Shown piece by piece: positions 44,150 through 53,402 of a DNA stretch of 58,779 nt. The position numbers and the translations under genes were made by a program. Below the pieces are notes generated by a model. It had not been told where the DNA came from. It was given only the letters and a program-made list of their open reading frames with translations, and did not search any database. The stretch is from an uncultured Acidimicrobiaceae bacterium (GTDB lineage: Bacteria; Actinomycetota; Acidimicrobiia; Acidimicrobiales; RAAP-2), in the NCBI GenBank assembly GCA_964573595.1, contig CAZNLF010000001.1:1-58779 (forward strand), read 5' to 3'. Each line of letters begins with the position of its first letter. The first letter of the stretch is position 1.

Positions 44150-44219
44150 GTCGACCGTCCGGGGACGACAGCCCGCTCGCCGCCGTGATCGGGACTCCGT
44201 CGATCGACGTCGTGCGCCC

Positions 44220-45653
44220 TCAGACGGCCGAGGCGGACGCGGCCGAGGCGGACGCGGCCATGCCGGCCGCCGTGGGCCGTCCCCGATGGGCCAGGGGTGC
44301 GCGACTGCTGCCGAGGACGGTGATCACCCCGGCCACCAGGGCCAGACCGGCCAGCACCAACACGGTGGCCGAAAAGGCGGTGCCAACCTGGTCGACCGAC
44401 CCGCCGTCCCCGCCCAGGGCGCTGAACACGGCGCTCGAGACGGCCAGCCCCATCGCCGTCCCCAACCCCCGGCTCATGTTCAACAGGCCCGATGCCAGGC
44501 CCGACTGCTCCGCGGGCACCGACGCCATGATGCCGGCGTTGTTCGGGGACACGAAGAGCCCCAACCCGGCGCCGATCACGACGAAGAGCCCGAGGAACCC
44601 CGGCGTGGTCGGCCGCATCCATCCCAACCCGACCAGACCGGCCACCACCAGGGCCATGCCCGTCGCGGCCGGCAGCCGGACACCGAAGCGGTCCGCCATC
44701 CTGCCCGAGAAGGGCGCCACGAGGCCCAGGGCGACCGGCATCACCATCAGCTCGAGACCGGTCCTGACCGGACCGAACCCGCTGGCCCGCTCGAAGTAGA
44801 AGGGCACCACCACCAGCACACCGAACAGCACCAGAAAGGCCAAGAGCCCGCTCGACACGCCAGCGCTGAAGGGCACCCGCCTGAACAGGGTGAGGTCCAC
44901 CATGGGGGCCGCGGACCTCCGTTCTCGGCGCACGAACGCGACTCCCAGCACCACGGCCACGCCCACCACGGACAACAGGGCCACCGAAGTCCATCCCAGG
45001 CGGTCCCCCTCGGAGACGGCGAACACGAGGGCCATGACCGCCGGGAAGAACAGAGCCAGTCCGGGCCAGTCGAAACGCTCCCGGGCCTGGAGGTGGTTGC
45101 TCCGCGGGACGAAGAGCAGGGCGGCGATCATGCCGACCAGCCCGACCGGGACGTTCACGAGGAAGAGCAGCCGCCACCCGCCGGCGGCCAGGAGCAGCCC
45201 CCCGATCGAGGGCCCGAGGGCAAGACCCAGGGCCTGGGCCGCCCCCTGGATGCCGAGGGCCCGCCCGAGCCGGTCACGCGGCACCGCCAGGGCGATGATG
45301 GCCACGCTGTTGGCCTGCAGCATGGCGGCACCCACGGCCTGGAAGGCCCGGAACCCGTCGAGGGCCACCAGGCTCGAGGCATTGGCGCACAGTGCGGAGC
45401 CGACGATGAAGATGACGAACCCGTAGATGTACAGCAGCTTCCGGCCGACCATGTCCGCCAGGCGTCCCACCGCGGCCACCGATGCCACCAGGACCAGCAG
45501 ATAGCTGAGGCCGACCCAGCTCACGTCGCCCACCCCGGCGTGGAACGAGTGCTCGAGGGCGGGAAACGCCAGGGTGACGATGCTGGCGTCGAGCTGGCCC
45601 ATGAACGCGCCCACACACACCGCCACGACCGCCAGGAGGTAGCCCCGCTCCAT
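44220..45653 (-). CDS. MFS transporter (DHA2/EmrB-QacA-like, 14-TMS type)
   Basis: MERGYLLAVVAVCVGAFMGQLDASIV and GRLADMVGRK. 478 aa and hydrophobic. Divergent from the LysR gene. Confidence 0.85.
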   Translation of the reverse strand: MERGYLLAVVAVCVGAFMGQLDASIVTLAFPALEHSFHAGVGDVSWVGLSYLLVLVASVAAVGRLADMVGRKLLYIYGFVIFIVGSALCANASSLVALDGFRAFQAVGAAMLQANSVAIIALAVPRDRLGRALGIQGAAQALGLALGPSIGGLLLAAGGWRLLFLVNVPVGLVGMIAALLFVPRSNHLQARERFDWPGLALFFPAVMALVFAVSEGDRLGWTSVALLSVVGVAVVLGVAFVRRERRSAAPMVDLTLFRRVPFSAGVSSGLLAFLVLFGVLVVVPFYFERASGFGPVRTGLELMVMPVALGLVAPFSGRMADRFGVRLPAATGMALVVAGLVGLGWMRPTTPGFLGLFVVIGAGLGLFVSPNNAGIMASVPAEQSGLASGLLNMSRGLGTAMGLAVSSAVFSALGGDGGSVDQVGTAFSATVLVLAGLALVAGVITVLGSSRAPLAHRGRPTAAGMAASASAASASAV

Positions 45654-45794
45654 GCGGCGGACGACCGACGGGCGGCGTGGTTCCACGATCAACCGCTGCC
45701 ATCCAACCGGCCTGGTCTCGTCCACGAGCGTCACGGTGCGTGCAGCGTCGCGTGCCCTGATCCAGAAGTCGAATAGTGGTTTTTGATTAGTTCG

Positions 45795-45809
45795 ATAAGC
45801 TTTGCTTAT
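45795..45809. promoter_or_regulatory. LysR-type T-N11-A box (ATAAGC-TTT-GCTTAT)
   Basis: Perfect 6-bp arms overlap the lysR ATG (45808), inside the only AT-rich patch of the MFS/LysR divergent region. Confidence 0.45.
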
Positions 45810-46755
45810 GGATATCCGGCATCTCGAGCGATTCTTGGCCGTCGTGGACCAAGAGGGGTTCACGGCGGCCGCCGACGAGGTGGGGGTCAGCCAGCCGGCG
45901 CTGTCCCAGTCGATCAAGGAGTTGGAGACCGAGCTGGGAGTCCCGCTGTTCGAACGTCTGGGTAGGCACGTTCTCGTCACCGAGGCTGGCCGTGCCCTCA
46001 TCGGCCCGGCCCGACAGACCCTCCGCGACGTCGAGACGGGGATCTCGGCCGTGAGGGCGGTGGCCGGTGCGAGTGCCGGACGCCTGTCCCTCGGGAGCCT
46101 GCCCACGCTGGCCGCCGAGCCCCTGGCCGGTCTGGTCGGCCGGTACCGACGCATGCACCCGGGGGTGGAGGTCGACCTCGCCGCCCCGGAGGACTCCTCC
46201 GACCTCGTCGCCATGATCCGGGACGGACGCTGCGAGGCCGGGTTGACCGAGTCCATCGACGTCCCGCCCGACCTCACCGGCTACCAGCTCGGGGCGCAGG
46301 CCCTGTTGCTCATCCTCCCGCCCGGCCTCGGTGGGTGGGGGAACCCCCTCGAAGACCAGGGTGGCACCACGTCGGAGTTCACCCTCCCCCTCGCCGATCT
46401 GGTCGGCGTGCCGTTCATCGCCGCTCCGACCGGCACCTCGACTCGCCGGCTCCTGGTGGAGGGGTTCGTGGCTGCCGGTGCCGAGCCGCGGATCGCGGTC
46501 GTGACCGCACAGCGGGATGCCATCCTGCCCCTCGTGCTGGCCGGCGCCGGGGCGGCGCTCGTACCCGAGGCGATCGCGGCGGTCGCCGCGTCGCTCGGAG
46601 CGACCGTCGCCCGCCCCGAACCTGCAGTCGAGCGTGGGATCGCCCTGTTCCACCGGTCCGGGCCGCTGGCGCCGGCAGCGGAGCGCTTCGTCGAACTGGC
46701 CACCGGCATCTCCGTGTACGGTGCATCCGAGCACGCAGGAGGGCCCCTGGGGTGA
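45808..46755 (+). CDS. LysR-family transcriptional regulator
   Basis: [40 protein letters not shown] (HTH). ATG at 45808. The track start 45802 is a TTG. Confidence 0.9.
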   Translation: MDIRHLERFLAVVDQEGFTAAADEVGVSQPALSQSIKELETELGVPLFERLGRHVLVTEAGRALIGPARQTLRDVETGISAVRAVAGASAGRLSLGSLPTLAAEPLAGLVGRYRRMHPGVEVDLAAPEDSSDLVAMIRDGRCEAGLTESIDVPPDLTGYQLGAQALLLILPPGLGGWGNPLEDQGGTTSEFTLPLADLVGVPFIAAPTGTSTRRLLVEGFVAAGAEPRIAVVTAQRDAILPLVLAGAGAALVPEAIAAVAASLGATVARPEPAVERGIALFHRSGPLAPAAERFVELATGISVYGASEHAGGPLG

Positions 46756-46780
46756 GCCCCCGACGAGCCGAGGGAGGGTC

Positions 46781-47461
46781 GTGACCGTAGAGCAGCCGAC
46801 CGGCGTCGACTTCCACTTCGACATCATGTGCCCCTACGCCTACCAGACCTCGCTGTGGATGCGTGAGGTGCGGGAGCAGAACGGCATCGACGTACGGTGG
46901 AGGTTCTTCAGTCTCGAGGAGATCAACCGCGCCGAGGGGAAGAAGCACCCCTGGGAGCGCGAGTGGTCCTACGGGTGGTCGATGATGCGGATCGGCGCGC
47001 TCCTCCGTCGCCGGGACATGGCGCTCCTCGACCGGTGGTACGCGGCGGCGGGAGCCGCGCTCCACGTGGAGGGCCGCAAGCCCCACCGCCCCGAGGTCGC
47101 CGAGGAGATCCTCGATGAGATGGGCCTCGACCCCGGCATCGTCGCCGAGGCCATCGCCGATCCGACCACCGGCGACGAGGTCCGGGCCGAGCACGACAAG
47201 GTGGTCTCGAAGGGGGGCTTCGGGGTGCCGACGCTCGTCTTCGACGACGGTCAGACCCTGTTCGGCCCGGTGCTGGTCAATCCGCCGACGGGCGACGGGG
47301 CGGCCCGCCTGTGGGAGCACGTGACCGCCTGGCTCGAGTTCCCCTATGTCTACGAGCTGCAGCGCCCGAAGGGCCCGGCGGACATCGACGCCATCGCCAC
47401 CGCATTCTCCCCGTACCTCGACGCACGGGACTGGTTCAGCGTCCAACGCCCGACACCCTGA
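46781..47461 (+). CDS. DsbA-like thioredoxin-fold protein (HCCA-isomerase/kappa-GST-like)
   Basis: [14 protein letters not shown] and [13 protein letters not shown] at 46781 follows GAGGGAGGG. Confidence 0.7.
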   Translation: MTVEQPTGVDFHFDIMCPYAYQTSLWMREVREQNGIDVRWRFFSLEEINRAEGKKHPWEREWSYGWSMMRIGALLRRRDMALLDRWYAAAGAALHVEGRKPHRPEVAEEILDEMGLDPGIVAEAIADPTTGDEVRAEHDKVVSKGGFGVPTLVFDDGQTLFGPVLVNPPTGDGAARLWEHVTAWLEFPYVYELQRPKGPADIDAIATAFSPYLDARDWFSVQRPTP

Positions 47462-47465
47462 GGGG

Positions 47466-48680
47466 TCACAGGCCCGAATCGGTCTCCGTCGCCGGGTCCT
47501 GGCGCTCGGTCGCCCGTCCTGAGCGGCGGAGCAGCCACAAGCCACTGGCCGGGAACAGCAGCACCGACAGCATCCCCGCCGCCACCAGTGACGCGGCGTT
47601 CACCTCGAGCATCCGGTGCTCCGAGAGGGCGATGCTGGTGATGACCACGATGAGCGGCAGCCCGGTCGCCGAGAAGAGCGCCATCGGCACCCGCTCGACG
47701 CGGTCGAGCAGGCCCCGGTACAGCAGGAAGACGGGAACGCCCCTGGCGATCAGCATCAACAACAGGAACACCGGCACCCGCCACAGGGACGCCGGGTCGT
47801 TCACGAACACGTGGATGTCGAACTCGATCCCGCTCACCACGAAGAAGATCGGGATGAGGAACCCGAACCCGATCGCCTCCAACTTCGCCTTGATGGCCAC
47901 GCTCTCCCCGCTCGCCGTGAACAACCGCACCACGATGCCGGCGGCGAACGCACCGAGGAGCACGTCGAGCCCGAGCGTGGCGGCCAGCAGGACGAGCAGC
48001 ACGATGAACAGCAGCGACACCCGCACCGGCAACTGCGCACTCGACTCCAGGTGCCGGTTGAGGATGGCCACCACCCGGGGCGGCTGCTTCCGGGCGGCGA
48101 GCAGCACGGTGACCACCGCCACCACGATGAACGCGGCCAGGAGCAGTGAGGTGAGGATCGGCTCCTTCTTGGTCAGGAGGAGGGCGACGGCGACGATGGG
48201 CAGGAATTCGCCACAGGTCCCGATGGCGGAGATGTAGGCCCCGAACCTGGTCTCCATGACCCCGGCGTCCCGCAGCATGGGCACCAGGGTCCCGAGCGCC
48301 GTCGTGGTCAACGCCAGGCCGACCACCAGGGTGTCGCGGGCCAGCCCCGTCGACACCAGTGCGAATGCCGCCCCCAGCCCGATCAACAGCGAGAGCAGCC
48401 AACCGGCGGTCGCCAACCGGAGCGGCTTCCCCCGGATCCGCTGGAGGTCCAACTCGTAGCCGGCCAGGAAGATCAGATAGGTGAGGCCGAGGTCGGAGAG
48501 CCCGGTCACCACGTCGTCGATGTGGGCGATGTTCAGCACGTAGGGCCCGAGCAGCATGCCCAGGGCGATCTGGAACACGATCTCGGGGATCGCCACCTTG
48601 CCGGTCAGCTCCGAGAGGATCGGGGCGATCACGGCGGCCAGGGCGATCAGCACCAGCGTGGCCACAGCGCTCGACGTCAC
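47466..48680 (-). CDS. cation:proton antiporter (CPA2/Kef-type)
   Basis: 404 aa polytopic membrane protein with a Na+/H+-exchanger-like N-terminus LIALAAVIAPILSELTGKVAIPEIVFQIALGMLLGP. Confidence 0.8.
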   Translation of the reverse strand: MTSSAVATLVLIALAAVIAPILSELTGKVAIPEIVFQIALGMLLGPYVLNIAHIDDVVTGLSDLGLTYLIFLAGYELDLQRIRGKPLRLATAGWLLSLLIGLGAAFALVSTGLARDTLVVGLALTTTALGTLVPMLRDAGVMETRFGAYISAIGTCGEFLPIVAVALLLTKKEPILTSLLLAAFIVVAVVTVLLAARKQPPRVVAILNRHLESSAQLPVRVSLLFIVLLVLLAATLGLDVLLGAFAAGIVVRLFTASGESVAIKAKLEAIGFGFLIPIFFVVSGIEFDIHVFVNDPASLWRVPVFLLLMLIARGVPVFLLYRGLLDRVERVPMALFSATGLPLIVVITSIALSEHRMLEVNAASLVAAGMLSVLLFPASGLWLLRRSGRATERQDPATETDSGL

Positions 48681-48786
48681 ACCGCCGCGCCCGGCCCGCT
48701 CCGATTGAACATCGCCTCACATTAGGCGGCCGCCCCCGACCGGGCCGGAACCGGTCGGCGGCACAGGCCCGACGGCTGGGCCAGAC

Positions 48787-49872
48787 TTGTCCGGTGATCC
48801 CGGACCACGGCCCGACGAGGACGACGACCGCTGGACCACCACCGTGCTGACGGTGGTCGGGCCCATCGGTGGCGAGGACCACCACGCGGGCCGCCACCGC
48901 CAGGCCGGTCACCCGGAGCGGCCGTCGCGGATCGACGCGGTGATGGACGGCATCGCCGACCTCCATCTCGACAGCGACCTGCGCGTGGTGGAGCCGCGTC
49001 CCGCCGATCCGGGCCAGCTGGCCCGCGTCCACGGATCCGCCTACCTCGACCGGCTCCGCCAGCTGTGCGAGTCGGGGGGAGGCCACCTCGACGAGGACAC
49101 CTACGCGACCGCCGAATCGTGGGATGCCGCCCTCTTGTCGGCCGGGGCCGGATTGGCGGCCGTCGACGCCCTGATGGCCGACGACGCCGGGGTGGCCTTC
49201 GTCGCGGCGAGACCGCCCGGCCACCACGCGCTCCCCGACCGGTCGATGGGCTTCTGCCTCATCAACAACGTGGCCGTGGCGGCCCGCTCGTTGGTCGACG
49301 CCGGTGAGCGGGTCCTCATCGTCGACTGGGACGTGCACCACGGCAACGGCACCCAGGCCATCTTCTGGGACGAGCCCGACGTCCTCTACGTGTCCACCCA
49401 CCAGTGGCCGTGCTACCCGGGGACGGGGCGGCCGGACGAAGTGGGAGGGACCGGCGCCCGGGGGTCCATCCTCAACGTGCCGCTGCCCCCCGGGGCGACC
49501 GGGGACGTGCTGGGCCACGCATTCGAACGGGTGGTCGGGCCGGCCGTCGACGAGTTCTCACCCACGTGGGTGCTGGTCTCCGCCGGCTTCGACGCCCACC
49601 GGGCCGATCCACTCGCCGACCTGGCCCTGTCGTCGGGCGACTTCGCCGACCTGGCCGCCGTGGTGGCGGGCTACGCCCCCGCCCCCGGCCGGCTCGTCCT
49701 GTTCCTCGAGGGGGGCTACGACCTCGCTGCGCTCCGCTCGTCGGTCGCGGCCTCGCTCGGGCGGCTGGTCGGCGCCCCGGCCTTGCGAGAGCCGGCCACC
49801 TCGGGTGGGCCGGGCACGAGCGGGCTGAACGCGGTCATCGACCTGCGGCTCGAGGCGCTCGAGGGCCTCTAG
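48787..49872 (+). CDS. histone deacetylase-family (acetoin utilisation/APAH-like) protein
   Basis: RPPGHHA, DWDVHHGNGTQ and EGGYD. The start is uncertain (TTG 48787 or GTG 48844). Confidence 0.85.
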   Translation: MSGDPGPRPDEDDDRWTTTVLTVVGPIGGEDHHAGRHRQAGHPERPSRIDAVMDGIADLHLDSDLRVVEPRPADPGQLARVHGSAYLDRLRQLCESGGGHLDEDTYATAESWDAALLSAGAGLAAVDALMADDAGVAFVAARPPGHHALPDRSMGFCLINNVAVAARSLVDAGERVLIVDWDVHHGNGTQAIFWDEPDVLYVSTHQWPCYPGTGRPDEVGGTGARGSILNVPLPPGATGDVLGHAFERVVGPAVDEFSPTWVLVSAGFDAHRADPLADLALSSGDFADLAAVVAGYAPAPGRLVLFLEGGYDLAALRSSVAASLGRLVGAPALREPATSGGPGTSGLNAVIDLRLEALEGL

Positions 49873-49893
49873 GCTCCCGGTCGGGCCGGACCC

Positions 49894-51768
49894 TCACCAG
49901 GTGTCGATGCAGCTGCGCTTCTTGCCACTGCGGGCCACCGGCGCCGGTGCCGAGCGCAACGCCGCGATGATCCTGGTCCTCGATTCGGCCGGATCGATCA
50001 CATCGTCGATCTCGAACGCAGACGCCACGTTGATGGCCTTCCCGTGCTCGTAGGCGCGCTCGACCATCGAACGGAACAGCGCCTCCCGCTCCTCGGGGTC
50101 CTCGACGGCGTCGAGCTCGCGTCTGAAGCCGAGCCGGACCGCTCCCTCGAGGCCCATGCCGCCCAGCTCCCCACTCGGCCAGGCCACGGTGAAGAGGGGC
50201 GATCGGAAGCTGCCGCCGGCCATGGCCTGGGAACCGAGCCCGTAGCCCTTGCGCACCACGATGGTGAAGAAAGGGACGGTGAGGCTCGCCCCGATCACGA
50301 ACATGCGGCTGAAGTGGCGCACCTGGGCCGACTCCTCGGCCTCGGGCCCGACCATGAACCCGGGGGTGTCGCACAAGAACAGGACGGGCAGGTCATGGGC
50401 GTCACAGAGCTGGAGGAAACGGGCCGCCTTGTCGGCTCCGTGGCTGTCGATGGCGCCACCGAGGTGGGTGGGGTCGTTGGCTACCACGCCGAGGGGTCGT
50501 CCCTCCACCCTGATCAGCGCGGTCACCATCCCCCTCCCGAAGCCCGCCCTGAGCTCCAACACCGAATCGGCATCGGCCAGTGTCGAGACCAGATGGCGCA
50601 TGTCGTAGACGCGCAGTCGCTCCTCGGGGACGCAGCTGCGCAGAAGGCGCTGGTCGGCACACGACCACTCGGGCACCCGACCCTGGAAGTAGGACAGGTA
50701 GCGCTTGGCCTGTTGCACCGCGTCGGCGTCGTCCTCGGCCACGACGTCCACCACGCCGTTGCGCGACTGCACGTCGATCGGCCCGATCTCCTCGGGACGG
50801 AACGAGCCGAGGCCGCCCCCTTCGATCATGGCCGGCCCCCCCATGCCGATGGAGGCATCCCGGGTGGCGATGATCACGTCACAGCAGCCCAGCAGGGCGG
50901 CGTTCCCGGCGAAGCACCGTCCCGACGCCACGCCGATCAGGGGGACGAGGCCGCTCAGCGCGCCGAAGAGGGCGAACGCCCTGGTGTCGAGACCGGTGAT
51001 CACGGCGTAGTCGGTGTCGCCCGGACGGCCTCCGCCACCTTCGGCGAACAGGACGACGGGAAGGCGGAGCCGCTCGACCAGCTCGAAGACCCGGTCCTTC
51101 TTGCGGTGGTTCTGCTGGCCCTGGGTCCCGGCCAGCACCGTGTAGTCGTAGGACAGGACGGCGCACGTTGCCGACCCGCCGTCGAACAGGTCGCCGTTCA
51201 CCTCACCGACCCCGGCCACCAGCCCGTCGGCCGGAGTCCGCTCGATCAGGTCCTCGAGGGGGCGCCGCCCCCGTTGGGCGGCGATGGCCAACGACCCGTA
51301 CTCGACGAACGTGTCCCGGTCGCACAGGTCGTCGATGTTCTCGCGGGCGGTGCGCCGGCCCTGTCGGTGACGACGGTCGACCACCTCGGCCCGGCCGGCG
51401 TCGAGCACACCGGAACGGCGGTGCAACAGCTCGGCGAGGTCGGGCCGGACCACGTCGGGATCGACGTCCTGGTGCTCGACGGCACCCGGGCCGTCGCCGG
51501 ACGCCTCGAGGGCGCCGAGATCTTCGCCGGCGGCCACGACCGCGCCCCGGACCGCAGTCACCGATGTGACCGTGCCCGACACCGGCGCCCTCACCACGTG
51601 CTCCATCTTCATCGACTCGATGACGACGAACGCCGCACCTTCGTCGATCCGGGCACCGACGACCGCCGGCACGGCGACGACCGTGCCCTGCAGCGGCGCG
51701 ACGAGATGCTCGATCGGCCCGTCCGGCAGCGGGCCCCGATCTCCCGTCGCCCGAACTCCCCCGGTCAC
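49894..51768 (-). CDS. biotinyl-domain (BCCP) fused to an acyl-CoA carboxyltransferase domain
   Basis: N-terminal APLQGTVVAV...FVVIESMKMEHVV (biotinyl-Lys motif) followed by a roughly 520-aa carboxyltransferase (LAGTQGQQNHRKKD, FAEGGGGRPGD). The GTG start overlaps the upstream stop (GTGA). Confidence 0.8.
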   Translation of the reverse strand: MTGGVRATGDRGPLPDGPIEHLVAPLQGTVVAVPAVVGARIDEGAAFVVIESMKMEHVVRAPVSGTVTSVTAVRGAVVAAGEDLGALEASGDGPGAVEHQDVDPDVVRPDLAELLHRRSGVLDAGRAEVVDRRHRQGRRTARENIDDLCDRDTFVEYGSLAIAAQRGRRPLEDLIERTPADGLVAGVGEVNGDLFDGGSATCAVLSYDYTVLAGTQGQQNHRKKDRVFELVERLRLPVVLFAEGGGGRPGDTDYAVITGLDTRAFALFGALSGLVPLIGVASGRCFAGNAALLGCCDVIIATRDASIGMGGPAMIEGGGLGSFRPEEIGPIDVQSRNGVVDVVAEDDADAVQQAKRYLSYFQGRVPEWSCADQRLLRSCVPEERLRVYDMRHLVSTLADADSVLELRAGFGRGMVTALIRVEGRPLGVVANDPTHLGGAIDSHGADKAARFLQLCDAHDLPVLFLCDTPGFMVGPEAEESAQVRHFSRMFVIGASLTVPFFTIVVRKGYGLGSQAMAGGSFRSPLFTVAWPSGELGGMGLEGAVRLGFRRELDAVEDPEEREALFRSMVERAYEHGKAINVASAFEIDDVIDPAESRTRIIAALRSAPAPVARSGKKRSCIDTW

Positions 51769-52649
51769 CGGGGCATGGGGAAGATTCCCGCCTCGTGCGA
51801 GACCGAGGAGGCTGCGGCCGTGCGTTCCTCTCCCGTCATGGGCACGAAGCCCTCGGCCGCCTCCAGTGCGACGGGCAGGACGCTCGTGTCCCCCGGTGTG
51901 CAGACGGCGGCGACCCCGGGAGTCGACAGCGCGAATCTCACTCCCCGCTCCACCTCCGCGCCCGTCGTGTAGGGCTCGTACCAGGTGCCCGCCGTGTGGG
52001 GTCGGTCGCCCCACGGGCGGGCGGCCACCGACTTGATGGCCATGACCCCGATGTCGTGGTCACCGCAATGGGCGAGGAGCTCCTCGGCGTCATGACGGTA
52101 GGCGGGGTCGTTCCACAGCTGCGGGTTCACCGGGAACATCACCGTGTCGAGGTCGTAGCGACGGAGTGCCTCGAGGTGCGCGGACGGGGCGCTCAGCTCG
52201 TGCCCGGTGATCCCCACCCACCGGCACAGGCCCTGGTCCCGTGCCGCCAGGACGACTTGGACCGCCGCGGCTCTCGCATCGAGCTCCTCGAGGTCGGTCA
52301 CGGCGTGGAGCTGGTACAGGTCGAAGTGGTCGCAGTGGAGCCTCCGCAAGGACTCCTCCAACTGGGCGCGGACTCCGTCGGGGTCGTGGCGCAGCGTCTT
52401 GCAGGCCACGAACAGCCGGTCACGGACGGCAGGGATCAAGGGTCCGACGAGCTCCTCGGCCCGTCCGTACTGCGGCGCCACGTCGAGGTGGTTGACCCCG
52501 GCGGCCATGGCCAGGTCGAAGGAGGCCGCCACCGTCTCGGGGTCGGAGTCCCAAAAGGCGGCACCGCCCAGGATGGCGACCGACGACTGATGGCCGGTCC
52601 TCCCCAGTCTTCGAACGTCCACGCCTGCACCGTAGCGTCTGGAAACCAC
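51765..52649 (-). CDS. aldo/keto reductase
   Basis: RRLGRTGHQSSVAILGG and LDVAPQYGRAEE. GTG start at 52649, or at 52622. Confidence 0.8.
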   Translation of the reverse strand: MVSRRYGAGVDVRRLGRTGHQSSVAILGGAAFWDSDPETVAASFDLAMAAGVNHLDVAPQYGRAEELVGPLIPAVRDRLFVACKTLRHDPDGVRAQLEESLRRLHCDHFDLYQLHAVTDLEELDARAAAVQVVLAARDQGLCRWVGITGHELSAPSAHLEALRRYDLDTVMFPVNPQLWNDPAYRHDAEELLAHCGDHDIGVMAIKSVAARPWGDRPHTAGTWYEPYTTGAEVERGVRFALSTPGVAAVCTPGDTSVLPVALEAAEGFVPMTGEERTAAASSVSHEAGIFPMPR

Positions 52650-52720
52650 CCGGCGGGCCCCGCGTCGCCACCGCGGGCCGCTCCCGGCCGGTCACCCCGA
52701 CCGGTCAGTGGGACGGTCGT

Positions 52721-52782
52721 TCGGTGCAGGACGGTGCAGGGCGGTTCGGGATCGGTGCAGGACGGTGCAGGGCGGTTCAGGA
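52721..52782. repeat. 31-bp tandem direct repeat x2 containing four GGTGCAGG motifs
   Basis: TCGGTGCAGGACGGTGCAGGGCGGTTC(G/A)GGA at 52721-52751 and 52752-52782, with one mismatch. The last 6 nt overlap the NTF2 gene's last codon and stop. Confidence 0.9.
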
Positions 52783-53232
52783 AGTTGCGCTCGCCGACCG
52801 CGCCGCTTCCCAGCCGGCGACCATCGAACCGAACCGCATCGGGTTGTAGATGTCCTCCTCGTAGGACCACAGTCCGTCGCCGGCGTACTTGAGGAGGGTG
52901 AAGTTGTACTCCTGGTGGACGGAGCCGTCACCCGGGTCCCTCATCCGGTTCCACACCTGGCACACCACCCATCCCCGCTCCTCGTCGACGATGTACCACT
53001 CGATCGGGAATTCGGGCATGTCCGAGCCCGGGTACTCGGACATGCACCCGCTGATCCAGTCGTAGATGGCCCGGCGGCCGAGGAACGTGCCGTAGTGGTG
53101 CTCGATGTAGGTGGCCTCCTCGGTGAACTGGTCCGCCCACGCCCGCCACTCGCCGGTGGCACCGGCCTCCGCCGCCCGGCGCTGGTACTCGGTGAATGCG
53201 TCCTCGATCTCAGCCCTCGGCCACAGTCCCAT
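52777..53232 (-). CDS. NTF2-like (SnoaL-type) protein
   Basis: 151 aa: EIEDAFTEYQRRAAEAGATGEWRAWADQFTEEATYIEH... WYIVDEERGWVVCQVW. Confidence 0.6.
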   Translation of the reverse strand: MGLWPRAEIEDAFTEYQRRAAEAGATGEWRAWADQFTEEATYIEHHYGTFLGRRAIYDWISGCMSEYPGSDMPEFPIEWYIVDEERGWVVCQVWNRMRDPGDGSVHQEYNFTLLKYAGDGLWSYEEDIYNPMRFGSMVAGWEAARSASATS

Positions 53233-53402
53233 GCTCTCGGCTCCTTGCCGGCCCCCCGGTGGGCCCCGATCAGTGTGGGTCCTCGGGTGGCCCTGGTCAA
53301 CCCGCGGTGTTGCGCAAGGGGTGCCTGGGCGCCATCGAGGGACGGCACCGGCGGCCCACGTCCCGGTAGCATCGGAGGCGAGCCGACCGGGAGGGTGCCG
53401 AC

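Noticed and set aside
44198-44209. Perfect 12-bp palindrome CGTCGATCGACG between the convergent AKR and MFS genes.
   Set aside because: As a hairpin it would have no loop, and there is no supporting context. It is probably chance in GC-rich DNA.
47350-49518. 722-aa minus-strand ORF, plus similar long ORFs at 3175..4731, 5239..7002, 15783..17288, 23983..25647, 26791..28440, 41520..43013, 44286..45776, 50044..51972 and 55491..56909.
   Set aside because: All are antisense or off-frame to recognisable genes and show Arg/Pro/Gly-dominated composition.
52721-52782. Possible CRISPR array.
   Set aside because: There are only two abutting 31-bp copies with no spacers, no further repeats and no cas genes. 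I report it as a tandem repeat or operator candidate instead.
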